Source: a virus
IMG/VR virus record: IMGVR_UViG_3300020057_000001
Span: 32,001 to 96,000 of that record
DNA length: 64,000 nt
Strand: one strand, 5' to 3'
The notes below the pieces were generated by a model. The model had not been told where the DNA came from and ran no database searches. It worked only from the letters and a program-made list of their open reading frames with translations. Both the position numbers and the translations under genes were made by a program. This document shows, in pieces, positions 9,327-18,607 of this stretch; position 1 is the stretch's first letter; every line of letters begins with the position of its first letter.

Positions 9327-9974
9327 ATGAGCTTTGGATACAACGGCGTTGGTTTTGGTGGATCAGGCGGCGGTGGAGGGGGCGGAGGAGGCATCTCTGG
9401 CGTACCTTCATTTACCGTATCCTCCTCAGGATCACTTACTTCTTTGGTTTCAGCCGTGATTGGATCTTTGGGTCGAGTACCCACGGAGTCCACGACTTAC
9501 GTGCTTCACTCACTTCCAGCCAGCAACATCTCGAACTGGTTAGCTTTGCCTTCTGGTTCTTCGGCCACACAGGGCGCAATAGTGTCCGCTTATCAGAACA
9601 CATCAGGAAGCACGATTGCTGCTTTCTTACCAGTGCAGATCAACTCGGCTACCGGCTCTCTCGCCCTTGTAGACGTGTCTGTACTAGATAGTTCACAAGA
9701 CACCTTCGGCGTCACTCAGGCAGCGATTGCCAACGGCGCATACGGGAATGTGGTCATGGAAGGTCGCTTAGAAAATATTACAGGCGGCTTCTTGGCTGGG
9801 TCTGTTCTCTGGGTTGCCAAGAACGGCTCGCTCACAGCCACAGCGCCTAACGCAGGGATCAATGGTTTTGTGTCCGGTGACTTAGTCATTAAGGTAGGGG
9901 TGGTTGTTCCAAACGTCGGAAACGCGCTGCTTGTCGACCTCGTAGTTGAAATGGACATTATCGGCGCTCTCTAA
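9327..9974 (+). CDS. Probable virion decoration/cement-like protein (DUF2190-like C-terminus)
   Basis: Poly-Gly linker, then a beta-rich domain (GV...AIA.G..G.V...G) similar to the C-terminus of 11217..13079. Confidence 0.55.
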   Translation: MSFGYNGVGFGGSGGGGGGGGGISGVPSFTVSSSGSLTSLVSAVIGSLGRVPTESTTYVLHSLPASNISNWLALPSGSSATQGAIVSAYQNTSGSTIAAFLPVQINSATGSLALVDVSVLDSSQDTFGVTQAAIANGAYGNVVMEGRLENITGGFLAGSVLWVAKNGSLTATAPNAGINGFVSGDLVIKVGVVVPNVGNALLVDLVVEMDIIGAL

Positions 9975-10084
9975 AGTATTTTCTCAAGTCTCACGAATCC
10001 CCACTGCTAGCGCAAGCCTCTTTACCCTACCCGAAAAAAATGCTACAGTGGCTTTGTTCCTGTTAACCGCTCAAGGAGAACCGC

Positions 10085-10393
10085 GTGACTGAGAAAAAAG
10101 CTAAGAAGCCTAAAGCTGCTAAAGTATTACCCGACGAAAAGCCTACCGTCACGTTTCCAGACGGGCGTGAGAAATACGTAGACGAGCTGAACGACGACGA
10201 CGTTCAGCAGATTCAACAAATTATACGGGCAGCCGTAGAAGACGTTATCAAAGGCTCAGCCGCTGCCTTAGACAAAATGCTCAACCCTTTCGGACTGGCT
10301 TGTAAAGTCATAGCGTTTACGTACCCGCTCGGAGCGACCAAGGAAGAAGTAGACGGCCTAATGCTTGCTGCCGCTGGTCCACAAGCAGAATAG
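10085..10393 (+). CDS. Hypothetical protein
   Basis: AAGGAG RBS, GTG start. Confidence 0.6.
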   Translation: MTEKKAKKPKAAKVLPDEKPTVTFPDGREKYVDELNDDDVQQIQQIIRAAVEDVIKGSAAALDKMLNPFGLACKVIAFTYPLGATKEEVDGLMLAAAGPQAE

Positions 10394-10425
10394 CTCACAT
10401 TAAAGCATGCGGTCCAAAGACACCC

Positions 10426-10464
10426 AAAATCCACCCACTCAGTAAGAGCCGGTGGATTTTTGTT
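10426..10464 (+). terminator. Intrinsic terminator
   Basis: aaaatccacc...ggtggatttt stem followed by T-rich tail. Confidence 0.6.
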
Positions 10465-10503
10465 ATTAAATACAAGTAGTTAAAAGATTTTGTAAGCTTT
10501 TGT

Positions 10504-10530
10504 TAAAGTTTTGTGGCAATTGTGCGATAA
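10504..10530 (+). promoter_or_regulatory. sigma28/FliA-like promoter
   Basis: TAAAGTTT-N11-TGCGATAA upstream of 10567. Confidence 0.75.
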
Positions 10531-10566
10531 CTATATTGGTAATGAAACCACAGAAGGAGATATCAG

Positions 10567-10851
10567 ATGCGCATTCCCCCGAAGTCTCGTACTACTCTTG
10601 ATCCTGCATCCGTGGCAGAAATAAAAGCTGTGGTGCCAAGTGGGTCTGAAGACACCGCAGCTGCTAACAAAGAAGATTTGCTTCAGATGGCGAGAAAAGC
10701 CGAAAGCAGACCTCACTGGCAGAATCCTCTGGCACCTGTTCTTAGCAACTACACAAGAGCTACTAGCCAGGGCTACGACCCCGACTTTGCGGCGAAGATT
10801 AAAGAGTTGGCGCCAAGTTGGTTTAAAGGCGCATCGACCGCAAAGAAATAA
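10567..10851 (+). CDS. Hypothetical protein
   Basis: GAAGGAG RBS. Confidence 0.65.
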   Translation: MRIPPKSRTTLDPASVAEIKAVVPSGSEDTAAANKEDLLQMARKAESRPHWQNPLAPVLSNYTRATSQGYDPDFAAKIKELAPSWFKGASTAKK

Positions 10852-10877
10852 CAATTTAAATCACGTATAGGTGTTGT

Positions 10878-11114
10878 ATGATTCTCACTGTCAAAGTCTC
10901 CGTAAATAGAACCCACTTGCTCTGGGCAGCCTGCTTTCTTCTATGCCGCAATGAAAAGCTGTCAAAGTCCGCGGTGCTTAAGTTTTTGCGTGAGCAAATG
11001 GCAAGGTTTGGCGAAGACGAAAACTCGTTGTGCGGGTTGACGTGGCAACAGGATTACTGCGACCAACTCCCAGAAGCTGAAACATGGCTGAACAAAGCCT
11101 TTGATCGCGAGTAG
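10878..11114 (+). CDS. Hypothetical protein
   Basis: ORF with AGGT RBS. Confidence 0.55.
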   Translation: MILTVKVSVNRTHLLWAACFLLCRNEKLSKSAVLKFLREQMARFGEDENSLCGLTWQQDYCDQLPEAETWLNKAFDRE

Positions 11115-11216
11115 CCCAGTCCAACCCTCCCATGGTGTTTCTCGGCATCCCCTACCGCGAATTGAGTAAAATAGCTTGGTGTATACTCACCAATCACCTC
11201 AAAGGGGTTCTCCACC

Positions 11217-13079
11217 ATGGCGACCAGCTCTAAGTTGTTATATCTAGCGTCCGGCGTAAACCGCTCGCTCGACCTTCTCAATGCTTCCAACGTGTTCCAA
11301 ATCCGTGACAGCGTTCTCAAAATTGCCGCTGACGCTTCTGCAACGAACGTTATGTCGTTCAACTTGGCTGCATACTCGGCAAGCCGCTCTTTAACTTTCC
11401 CTGACAGCAACATCAACTTCGGTGCTTTTGCCCGTGGTTTTATCGCTGCTGGCTCGGCTAACCATGTCGTTATCAACGATGGTACAGGCGCTCTCTCTAG
11501 CGAAGCAGCTCTTGCGGCTTCTCGCGGTGGTTTCGGTGCTGACGTTTCTGCTTTCACAGGCGTTCTCAAAGCGTCCTCCGGTGTGTTCTCTGCTTCCGCA
11601 GTCGTTAACGCTGATATCAGCGCTGTTGCCGCTATTGCTTACAGCAAGTTGGCAGCCCTCACCTTTAACCGCGCCCTTATCTCTGACGGCTCGGGCGTAG
11701 TTACCGCTTCGGCAGTGACTTCTACTGAACTCGGATACGTTGCAGGCGTAACTTCCGCAATCCAGACACAGCTTAACGGTAAGCTCAACCTTACTGGCGG
11801 TACATTGTCCGGCGCGCTGGACTTGGGCGGCAACCTTCTTACAAACGTGGCTACTCCTGTATCCGCATCCGACGCTACTAACAAAGCTTACGTTGATGCC
11901 GCTATCAACGGACTAAGCTGGAAGTTGCCAGTTGTTGCGGCTTCGACAGGCAACTTAACCCTCAGCGGAGCGCAAACCGTTGATGGTGTTAGCTTAGTTG
12001 CAGGTCAGCGCATCCTCGTAAAAGACCAAGCTACTACTTCACAGAACGGTATCTACGTTGTAGCCGCTGGCGCATGGGCTCGCTCTGCGGATATGGACTC
12101 GCTCACTCCTCTAAACGAGTTCAACTCGGCTGCTGCGTTTGTCCAGTCCGGTACAGTCAACGCCAACCGTGGATTTGTTCAAACTGCTACAGTCACTACA
12201 ATCGGAACAGACCCTGTTGCGTTTGTCCAATTCTCCAGCGCATCTTCGCAGATTGCCGGAAGCGGAATCAGCATCTCTGGCTCTACAATCTCCATCAACT
12301 TGGCTACTAACCCGGGTTTGGAATTCTCTAGCTCCGCTCTCCGCATCAAGCTTGCTGACACTTCCCTCGCCCTTTCGGCAGGTGGCGTAGCTCTGGCTTT
12401 GGCTTCCTCAAGCGGTTTGACTGTCGCTAGCGGACTTTTGGTTAAAGTAGAAGCTTCCAACCCTAGCCTCCAGATCAACGGCTCGAATGAACTCGGCGTT
12501 AAACTCGCAGCAGCAGGCGCAATCGTCTCCGGCGCTTCTGGTGTCGCGGTTCAACTCGAATCTTCCCAACCTTCGCTCCAAATCGTAGCCAACGCTATCG
12601 GCGTTAAGCTCGACACCGCTCGCGGTCTTGCCAAAGACGCTTCTGGCGTATTCGTAAAAATTGACGGAAGCTCGCTTACGTTTAATGGTTCTGGAGAGTT
12701 GCAGGTAGGTTCATCCGACGCTACGCTCATTTCCTTTACCTCGGGTGAAGCCCTCACAGCAGGCGACAACGTGTACATCTCAGCAGCAGGCACTGTGTCA
12801 AAGGCACGTGCAAACGCTGAATCTACGTCGCTCGGCTATGTTGGTCTTGCTCGCACCACAGTTGGTTCCGGTGCAGCGGTGCAAGTAATTGTTGGCGGAC
12901 GTCTTAGCGGATTGACTGGCTTAAGCGCAGGCAGCCGTTACTACTTGTCAGCAGGAACTGCGGGTGTATCGACCACTACAGCTCCTTCCGCTTCTGGACA
13001 ACAAGTTGTGTTGGTTGGAATTGCAATGAGCGCTACTGAACTCATTGTTTCACCTGACTATAAAGTATCTATCGATTGA
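11217..13079 (+). CDS. Virion fibre protein (tail or head fibre)
   Basis: DATNKAYVD, TLSGAQTVDGV...RILVKDQ....NGIY phage fibre motif; Ala/Ser/Gly-rich; GTAAAAT at 11166. Confidence 0.75.
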   Translation: MATSSKLLYLASGVNRSLDLLNASNVFQIRDSVLKIAADASATNVMSFNLAAYSASRSLTFPDSNINFGAFARGFIAAGSANHVVINDGTGALSSEAALAASRGGFGADVSAFTGVLKASSGVFSASAVVNADISAVAAIAYSKLAALTFNRALISDGSGVVTASAVTSTELGYVAGVTSAIQTQLNGKLNLTGGTLSGALDLGGNLLTNVATPVSASDATNKAYVDAAINGLSWKLPVVAASTGNLTLSGAQTVDGVSLVAGQRILVKDQATTSQNGIYVVAAGAWARSADMDSLTPLNEFNSAAAFVQSGTVNANRGFVQTATVTTIGTDPVAFVQFSSASSQIAGSGISISGSTISINLATNPGLEFSSSALRIKLADTSLALSAGGVALALASSSGLTVASGLLVKVEASNPSLQINGSNELGVKLAAAGAIVSGASGVAVQLESSQPSLQIVANAIGVKLDTARGLAKDASGVFVKIDGSSLTFNGSGELQVGSSDATLISFTSGEALTAGDNVYISAAGTVSKARANAESTSLGYVGLARTTVGSGAAVQVIVGGRLSGLTGLSAGSRYYLSAGTAGVSTTTAPSASGQQVVLVGIAMSATELIVSPDYKVSID

Positions 13080-13119
13080 GTTTTCACAGTTAACTTTGTG
13101 TCCTGTTTACAGGCGCGTC

Positions 13120-13150
13120 GGGCTGGGTCTTTCGACCCAGTCCTTTTTTT
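13120..13150 (+). terminator. Intrinsic terminator
   Basis: gggctgggtc-tttc-gacccagtcc followed by T7. Confidence 0.85.
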
Positions 13151-13163
13151 ATTGAAACTGTGC

Positions 13164-13190
13164 TAAAGTCTGAAAGCAAAACGGCGATGA
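13164..13190 (+). promoter_or_regulatory. sigma28/FliA-like promoter
   Basis: TAAAGTCT-N11-GGCGATGA upstream of the Hef-like gene. Confidence 0.7.
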
Positions 13191-13203
13191 AGAAATAACG
13201 GAG

Positions 13204-14934
13204 GTGACTATGGCGGCGGGGAAAAAATTAACAGCTGAAGACGTAGCAAAAGTCGCACAAGCAAAAAACCCAAACCTGCGCTTGGTCGAGAGTTCTTACG
13301 TTGACTTATCCACCCTGTGCATCTGGGTGGAAGAGGGTTGGGGTGAGTTTGAGCGAAAGCCTTCTATCATTCTTTATTCGAACAGCGTGTATCACCCTGA
13401 ACACGGCAGGTTGCGTAAAAATGCAATTTTGGCAAAAGCGCAACAAAAACCGGAAAGCAAACAAAAGCGTAAAACCACTAACCTTGCCAAGTATGGACAC
13501 GAATACATTTCACTCTGCCCACATGTACGTAGTAAAGTTTGTGCAACTAACTTAGAACGTTACGGTCATGAAACCCCGCTTTTGAACGCCGACGTTCAAG
13601 CTAAGATTAGTGCAACTAACTTAGAACGCTACGGTCATGAAAACCCCCTTTTGAACGCCGACGTTCAAGCTAAGATTAGAGCAACTAACTTAGAGGCGTA
13701 TGGCGTAGAAAACGTCCTGTCGAGTAGTCTTATACAAGACAGAGTAAAGACTACTAATCTACAGCGCTACGGGTTTGCAAACGCTGTGCAAGCCGAGGCG
13801 GTTCAGAGTAAAACGAAAAACACTAATTTACAGAGGTATGGCGCTGAATACGGTCTGTCAAACCCTGATGTGCAGCGTAAACGGAGACTTACTAACGTTG
13901 CGCGCTACGGGTCTGCGCACGCTACATTACACCCTGCGGTCAGAGCAAAACTAAGTGCTACCAATATCGCGCGATACGGCCACCAAAGTAGTTTCGGTAA
14001 TTCAGACGTCCAGAAGAAAATTTACAGAACTAAGATGCTTCGCGGGCTATACAAACAGTCTAAAGGTGAACTAGAACTGAGAGACTTTTGTAAAACACTG
14101 GACCCCGACGCCCGTACAACCATGGCGTATTTAAACAAGAAAGCTTTCCAAATTGATATTTTTCTGCCTTCTAAAAATATATGCATCGAATACAATGGGA
14201 TGTTTTGGCATTCCGAGGGGAATAAAAAAAATTACTCCGAAAAACACTTAGACAAGACGAAAGCATGCGCTTTACAAGACAGACGTCTCATACACATTTG
14301 GGAAACCGAATGGCACAACAAGCGCCCTCAAGTGGAAAACTACATCCGAAGCGTAGCGGGTATTTTTGAAAGAAGGATTCCTGCAAGAAAATGCCTAGTA
14401 AAAGAAGTTACTGATAAGGCGCAAGTTAAAGCGTTTCTTGACAGCAATCACTTATTAGGCGCGTGCCCGTTTTCAAAAGCGGTGGGCATCTTCTTGAATG
14501 AGGAACTCGTAGGTGTTGCTCTTTTGGGGAGGCACCATCGAACAAACGTCCTTAACATTGCTAAGCGATTTGCTTTTTTAGCGGGTGTTCAGGTGATTGG
14601 CGGCGTGAGCCGTCTTACCAAACACCTTTTAGACGTCTGCGAATCCGATTCCCTCGTCACTTGGGCCGATGTCAGGCTAGGAGCGGCGTCGGTCTACACG
14701 TCCGCAGGGTGGACCTTAGATTCCACGTCGCGCCCTGACTATTTTTACTGGCACGAATCTCAAAAAAGAGTTGTTTCAAAGCAGCATTTTAAAGACCACC
14801 GAAAAAGTTCAACCGGTGTTTCCGAAAAAGATTTTGCTAAAACCCGGAGATGCCTACGGATCTGGGACTGTGGAAAACATAGGTTTCGTATCTATAAAGG
14901 CGGAATTCCTACATGCTCGCTTTCATCCCCGTAG
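13204..14934 (+). CDS. Hef-like putative homing endonuclease: TNLERYG repeats, Vsr/PD-(D/E)xK nuclease, C-terminal GNAT-like domain
   Basis: About eight 23-aa TN..RYG repeats; IDIFLP...IEYNGMFWHS; HIWETEW; IWDCG. Confidence 0.7.
   Translation: MTMAAGKKLTAEDVAKVAQAKNPNLRLVESSYVDLSTLCIWVEEGWGEFERKPSIILYSNSVYHPEHGRLRKNAILAKAQQKPESKQKRKTTNLAKYGHEYISLCPHVRSKVCATNLERYGHETPLLNADVQAKISATNLERYGHENPLLNADVQAKIRATNLEAYGVENVLSSSLIQDRVKTTNLQRYGFANAVQAEAVQSKTKNTNLQRYGAEYGLSNPDVQRKRRLTNVARYGSAHATLHPAVRAKLSATNIARYGHQSSFGNSDVQKKIYRTKMLRGLYKQSKGELELRDFCKTLDPDARTTMAYLNKKAFQIDIFLPSKNICIEYNGMFWHSEGNKKNYSEKHLDKTKACALQDRRLIHIWETEWHNKRPQVENYIRSVAGIFERRIPARKCLVKEVTDKAQVKAFLDSNHLLGACPFSKAVGIFLNEELVGVALLGRHHRTNVLNIAKRFAFLAGVQVIGGVSRLTKHLLDVCESDSLVTWADVRLGAASVYTSAGWTLDSTSRPDYFYWHESQKRVVSKQHFKDHRKSSTGVSEKDFAKTRRCLRIWDCGKHRFRIYKGGIPTCSLSSP
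13543..13690 (+). repeat. Near-perfect 69-bp tandem repeat within the TNLERYG array
   Basis: gcaactaacttagaacg...gttcaagctaagattag repeated with period 69. Confidence 0.85.
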
Positions 14935-14953
14935 GTTTGTCCGCGCCCTGTTC

Positions 14954-15136
14954 TTAGTCCTCATCCTTATCACGCTCAAAATATTGCGCAATAGCCAACA
15001 ACCCTAGGTCACACGCTAGCATTAAGCCAGCAAACGCTAAAATATTCGTAGGCATCTTAAATTGTAGGACAAAAACCAAGACGAACAGGTTAAAACAAGC
15101 TAAAAGAAGAAAAGTTTTCATAGCACCTCCAAACAA
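14954..15136 (-). CDS. Small membrane protein (probable ATG near 15121)
   Basis: Two hydrophobic segments; GGAGG RBS. Confidence 0.55.
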   Translation of the reverse strand: MFGGAMKTFLLLACFNLFVLVFVLQFKMPTNILAFAGLMLACDLGLLAIAQYFERDKDED

Positions 15137-15161
15137 AAGATACCCTGTGTAAAGAAAAGAC

Positions 15162-15188
15162 TCAAGTTTTAAAAGAAACTTGCGATAC
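15162..15188 (+). promoter_or_regulatory. sigma28/FliA-like promoter
   Basis: TCAAGTTT-N11-TGCGATAC upstream of 15211. Confidence 0.7.
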
Positions 15189-15210
15189 CTAAGCTAGAAG
15201 GAGGGCAAAC

Positions 15211-15435
15211 ATGTACGAAGTTCTAGTTACAATCATAGTTATCCAAGCGGTTCTAATCTTAGAGGGTCTGGTCATAGGGGTGTTGCTAGCCCGCACCGCT
15301 AAGGTACGCTTGAGAGACCGAGTGCAGATGGTAGCCCACGTTATGCTTTTCGTAGCGTTTTTCTACCTAATGCTTTGCGGCTGGTTAGTTGACCGTGTAA
15401 TGTCTTTCTGTAAACGCCTTTGGAGCGCCAAATGA
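15211..15435 (+). CDS. Small two-TM membrane protein
   Basis: AAGGAGG RBS; hydrophobic helices. Confidence 0.6.
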   Translation: MYEVLVTIIVIQAVLILEGLVIGVLLARTAKVRLRDRVQMVAHVMLFVAFFYLMLCGWLVDRVMSFCKRLWSAK

Positions 15436-15905
15436 AAATTTTTCTTTTTTTAACAGCCTTTCTTCCACTTCCGGCACTCGCTTCGACGCAGGTGTTTTAC
15501 CCGACCGGTAAGGACGCTGGTAAGCTGCTCCTCTCCACGGTAAATGACCCCAACGGGTTTTGCACCGACGGGACACGAATCCGCAACAGGCAGGGCGTGG
15601 TACATTTCACTTGCTTTGGGGTCAACGGCACAACAACCGACGCTGCCTTGATACTGATGAAATCGTCTTTGGGATTGCACCCGCGAATCTGTTTCTCTTT
15701 TCTCGACTCACAAAAGAGCTACAAGATCACGCTACCTACCCCGATGTTCTATTACAAGGCTTCCGACGTGGGCAAGGTGTTGGACACCAGCAGTGCGCAC
15801 TTCATCGATGTTCGCGAGTTAAGCACGGTATTTGACAGTTCCCTAGAATGTACAAAGCTTCCGGTCGATTTCGTTGCACCTACACAACAACAACCAGCAA
15901 TTTGA
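15432..15905 (+). CDS. Secreted hypothetical protein
   Basis: Signal peptide MKIFLFLTAFLPLPALA; ATGA overlap. Confidence 0.6.
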   Translation: MKIFLFLTAFLPLPALASTQVFYPTGKDAGKLLLSTVNDPNGFCTDGTRIRNRQGVVHFTCFGVNGTTTDAALILMKSSLGLHPRICFSFLDSQKSYKITLPTPMFYYKASDVGKVLDTSSAHFIDVRELSTVFDSSLECTKLPVDFVAPTQQQPAI

Positions 15906-15937
15906 TAATTTGTAAAATGAATTTTTAGGGGGACTGC

Positions 15938-16195
15938 ATGAAGATATACGCCGGACACGCTATCGGAACAAGAACTTTGACTGCGGATTTGCAATTTTTT
16001 AAGAGAGACATTCTCGATTTTGGCTTTGAGGTCGCTTACGACTGCCCTGCCCTGGGGTGGACAGTGTGGGTGTCTCGGGCTTCGAATTTTAAAGAACGGA
16101 TGGAACTCTGTAAAAAGTTTGACTATCTAGTAACGCACCCTGAAGGTGTAGCCGAAGACGTAGTGTGCAGGTTGACACAGATCGTAAGTTTGTAA
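15938..16195 (+). CDS. Hypothetical protein
   Basis: GGGGG RBS; GTAAAAT at 15912. Confidence 0.55.
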   Translation: MKIYAGHAIGTRTLTADLQFFKRDILDFGFEVAYDCPALGWTVWVSRASNFKERMELCKKFDYLVTHPEGVAEDVVCRLTQIVSL

Positions 16196-16220
16196 AAGCG
16201 TTCCCGATCTCTCCTTACTC

Positions 16221-16255
16221 GCCTCTAGACGTTCTGTCTAGAGGCTCTTTTGTTT
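16221..16255 (+). terminator. Hairpin/terminator before the lysozyme gene
   Basis: gcctctagac-gttct-gtctagaggc followed by T-rich tail. Confidence 0.6.
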
Positions 16256-16284
16256 GGTTTAAAATACGGATTGAAGGAGAATCC

Positions 16285-16866
16285 ATGCCAAATCAACCAG
16301 TTATCACGTTTGACGACACAAAACTTATCAGAGATTCCGAGGGTCACTCGCTGACCGCTTACCCAGACCCCGCAACGAAAAACGATCCTATTAAAAAAGG
16401 GCACCCTTGGACAATCTCCTATGGGATTACAGGAGCATGGGTAAAGCCGGGCGTTGTGATCACACAAGCAGAGTCCGAGCTTAGATTTATGGAACTTATT
16501 AAAGTCTTCTGTAAAGATCTCGACGCATGCCTCACTGTAGAGCTTGGTAAAAACCAATACATCGCCGTCCTTTCTCTCTTGTGGAACATCGGCAAAGGTA
16601 ACTTTGCAAAAAGTACCCTGCTCAAAAAACTGAATGCAAAAGACTTTGCGGCGGCTGCCTTGGAGTTTGTAAAGTGGAATAAAGCAAATGGTGCTGTCAT
16701 GAACGGGCTAACGACCCGTAGAGCCAAAGAAGCCGCGCTATTCTCTACCCCATCTCAGGCTCCTAAGCTGTCTAAGTCTCTCACGGCGCCCGCTGTAATC
16801 GATTTTGAGCAGTTTACACAGACAACATGCCCTGTCACAGACGAAACAAATTTACCAAAGAAATAA
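16285..16866 (+). CDS. GH24 phage lysozyme (endolysin or virion muramidase)
   Basis: SEG....AY.D....WTI.YG.T triad, LLWNIG.GNF..STLLKKLN, GL..RR; GAAGGAG RBS supports the 16285 start. Confidence 0.9.
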   Translation: MPNQPVITFDDTKLIRDSEGHSLTAYPDPATKNDPIKKGHPWTISYGITGAWVKPGVVITQAESELRFMELIKVFCKDLDACLTVELGKNQYIAVLSLLWNIGKGNFAKSTLLKKLNAKDFAAAALEFVKWNKANGAVMNGLTTRRAKEAALFSTPSQAPKLSKSLTAPAVIDFEQFTQTTCPVTDETNLPKK

Positions 16867-16916
16867 ATGCTTTACCGCTTTCTTTAAAAATTTCTTTTAA
16901 ACGTCAAAAATAAACC

Positions 16917-16943
16917 TAAAGTCTGACCAACTCTTGGCGATAA
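16917..16943 (+). promoter_or_regulatory. sigma28/FliA-like promoter
   Basis: TAAAGTCT-N11-GGCGATAA upstream of 16966. Confidence 0.75.
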
Positions 16944-16965
16944 CAAAGCTAGGAGGAACAAACAA

Positions 16966-17529
16966 ATGACTTGTTCAATAGATACAGCACCGCCGCCAGC
17001 GATAATACGCCACCTTCCCACCAAGTCTGCCTGTAACGGCAGCCGGAATTCATCCGCGCCGAAGGGCGTCATGATCGCTCCCGCCAAAGTTGCTAGCCAC
17101 AGCAGCCAGAGTTCTTCTGGCACTCCCTCCCACTCACCCGCTGACGCAAGGTCAGCGGCAGGAAGTAAGGCCAATGCTGAAACAGGTCAAGTCACCCAGA
17201 ATCTAGACGTCAGGGTGTTTAATGTCACTTCTAAACAAAAAGCCTACCGACCGAAGAGAGCAACGTCCAGCGGACGCTATTACTCTCTAAAACCCGCTCC
17301 CGTGAAGCACTTCCACCTATTCGTGCTTGCGGGGGTGTCCCCTACCTCCTACACAATCGCAAACAACTCATGCGACAGGGCAACTTTGACCTGCACAGTA
17401 GACGTAGACCGCAAGCGCGTTTTTGACATCGGCGCTGGTGGCTCATTCACGACAGGCAGCGGTGCTAGTATCGGTATTATCGGTACCGTGCAAGGAAACA
17501 TCTACGGAACTTTGGGATTCTCTTTTTAA
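16966..17529 (+). CDS. Hypothetical protein with beta-strand C-terminus ending in Phe
   Basis: AGGAGG RBS. Confidence 0.6.
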   Translation: MTCSIDTAPPPAIIRHLPTKSACNGSRNSSAPKGVMIAPAKVASHSSQSSSGTPSHSPADARSAAGSKANAETGQVTQNLDVRVFNVTSKQKAYRPKRATSSGRYYSLKPAPVKHFHLFVLAGVSPTSYTIANNSCDRATLTCTVDVDRKRVFDIGAGGSFTTGSGASIGIIGTVQGNIYGTLGFSF

Positions 17530-17550
17530 TCACGCATTGAAGGACTTCTT

Positions 17551-18147
17551 GTGAAAAAACTACTCTTGCTTTTACCTCTTTTTCTAGCCGCTTGCGGCGC
17601 AGACGACCAGTCGACGCGCATGACGACGTCGTTCGACCCAGAATGCGAGGATGCAATTCTATCTTTAACTGCTACAAACTGCTCGACACCCGGCCCTACG
17701 CCTCCTCCAGCTCCGACGGGTCCAGCATCGACGCTGACTATCACCGGCCCCGTACCCGCACCTTCGGGTGCAGGCTGGACAACTGAAGGGTTTGTACGCG
17801 TTCCAACGAGTACAACGTTCCTAGGCTGGCAGAGCCTTGGCTTGTCCACCTCCACAGTGGCAATTACCAAAGTTTATGCTAGCTCAATAACAACGTCTGG
17901 CTCTTGCCAACAGGTAGACCTCAAGATGATTACTGGTTTGGGTGCACCGACAGGGCTGCGAGGTAACTTTTACAACCAGAGCAGACCTGACCGCTTTAAG
18001 TATTGCGTCGAGAGCGGGTCGGTTATCGCTGGATATGAAGACGGAGCGGACACAAACTTCTCAGACTTTAAAGTGAAGATTAGCTCAAACCTCGGAAGTT
18101 TGAACTACGAGCTACGGGGTAATAACCTGTTCGTTTGTCTCGATTAA
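17551..18147 (+). CDS. Lipoprotein, Pro-rich linker, DUF4114-like acidic motif
   Basis: Lipobox LAAC; GYEDGADTNFSD. Confidence 0.6.
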   Translation: MKKLLLLLPLFLAACGADDQSTRMTTSFDPECEDAILSLTATNCSTPGPTPPPAPTGPASTLTITGPVPAPSGAGWTTEGFVRVPTSTTFLGWQSLGLSTSTVAITKVYASSITTSGSCQQVDLKMITGLGAPTGLRGNFYNQSRPDRFKYCVESGSVIAGYEDGADTNFSDFKVKISSNLGSLNYELRGNNLFVCLD

Positions 18148-18176
18148 AAAAAAGAAATCGTCCCTGATTTCTTTCT
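18146..18176. terminator. Probable bidirectional terminator between convergent genes
   Basis: aaagaaatc-gtccct-gatttcttt flanked by A/T runs. Confidence 0.55.
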
Positions 18177-18180
18177 GTGA

Positions 18181-18432
18181 TTAGCCTACCAGTCCTTGGT
18201 AAAAGGCGTCAACAAGCATCTTACATTCTGCGTTTTGTAAATCTAAAACTTCTGGAAGAATTTCTGGGAGTTTTAGGTCTTTTAGAGGTAGGAGGCTTGG
18301 TACTTTTTCGAAAATCACACCGATGATATTCTTCTTCTGAATCGTTGCGACGATGATCGAAGCAATCGCTCCACCTGCCACAAAAATCTTCTTTAACTCT
18401 GAAATGTCTTGCGGAAAAGAAGCTGCACTCAT
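18181..18432 (-). CDS. Hypothetical protein
   Basis: AAGGAG RBS. Confidence 0.6.
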   Translation of the reverse strand: MSAASFPQDISELKKIFVAGGAIASIIVATIQKKNIIGVIFEKVPSLLPLKDLKLPEILPEVLDLQNAECKMLVDAFYQGLVG

Positions 18433-18607
18433 TTAAGACTCCTTGTCTTATTAGGTTGTTAAGGCCAGATAAAGCATAGCAACTTTTACTTTTTGATCAA
18501 GTGTCAGACCTTTGACGCCTTTTTACTTGCCAAGGTTCTGACGCATTTGCGTATTCAAAATTTGTTCGTATTCTTCTCTTGCCCAATAACGGGCTAAGGA
18601 GATTTCG

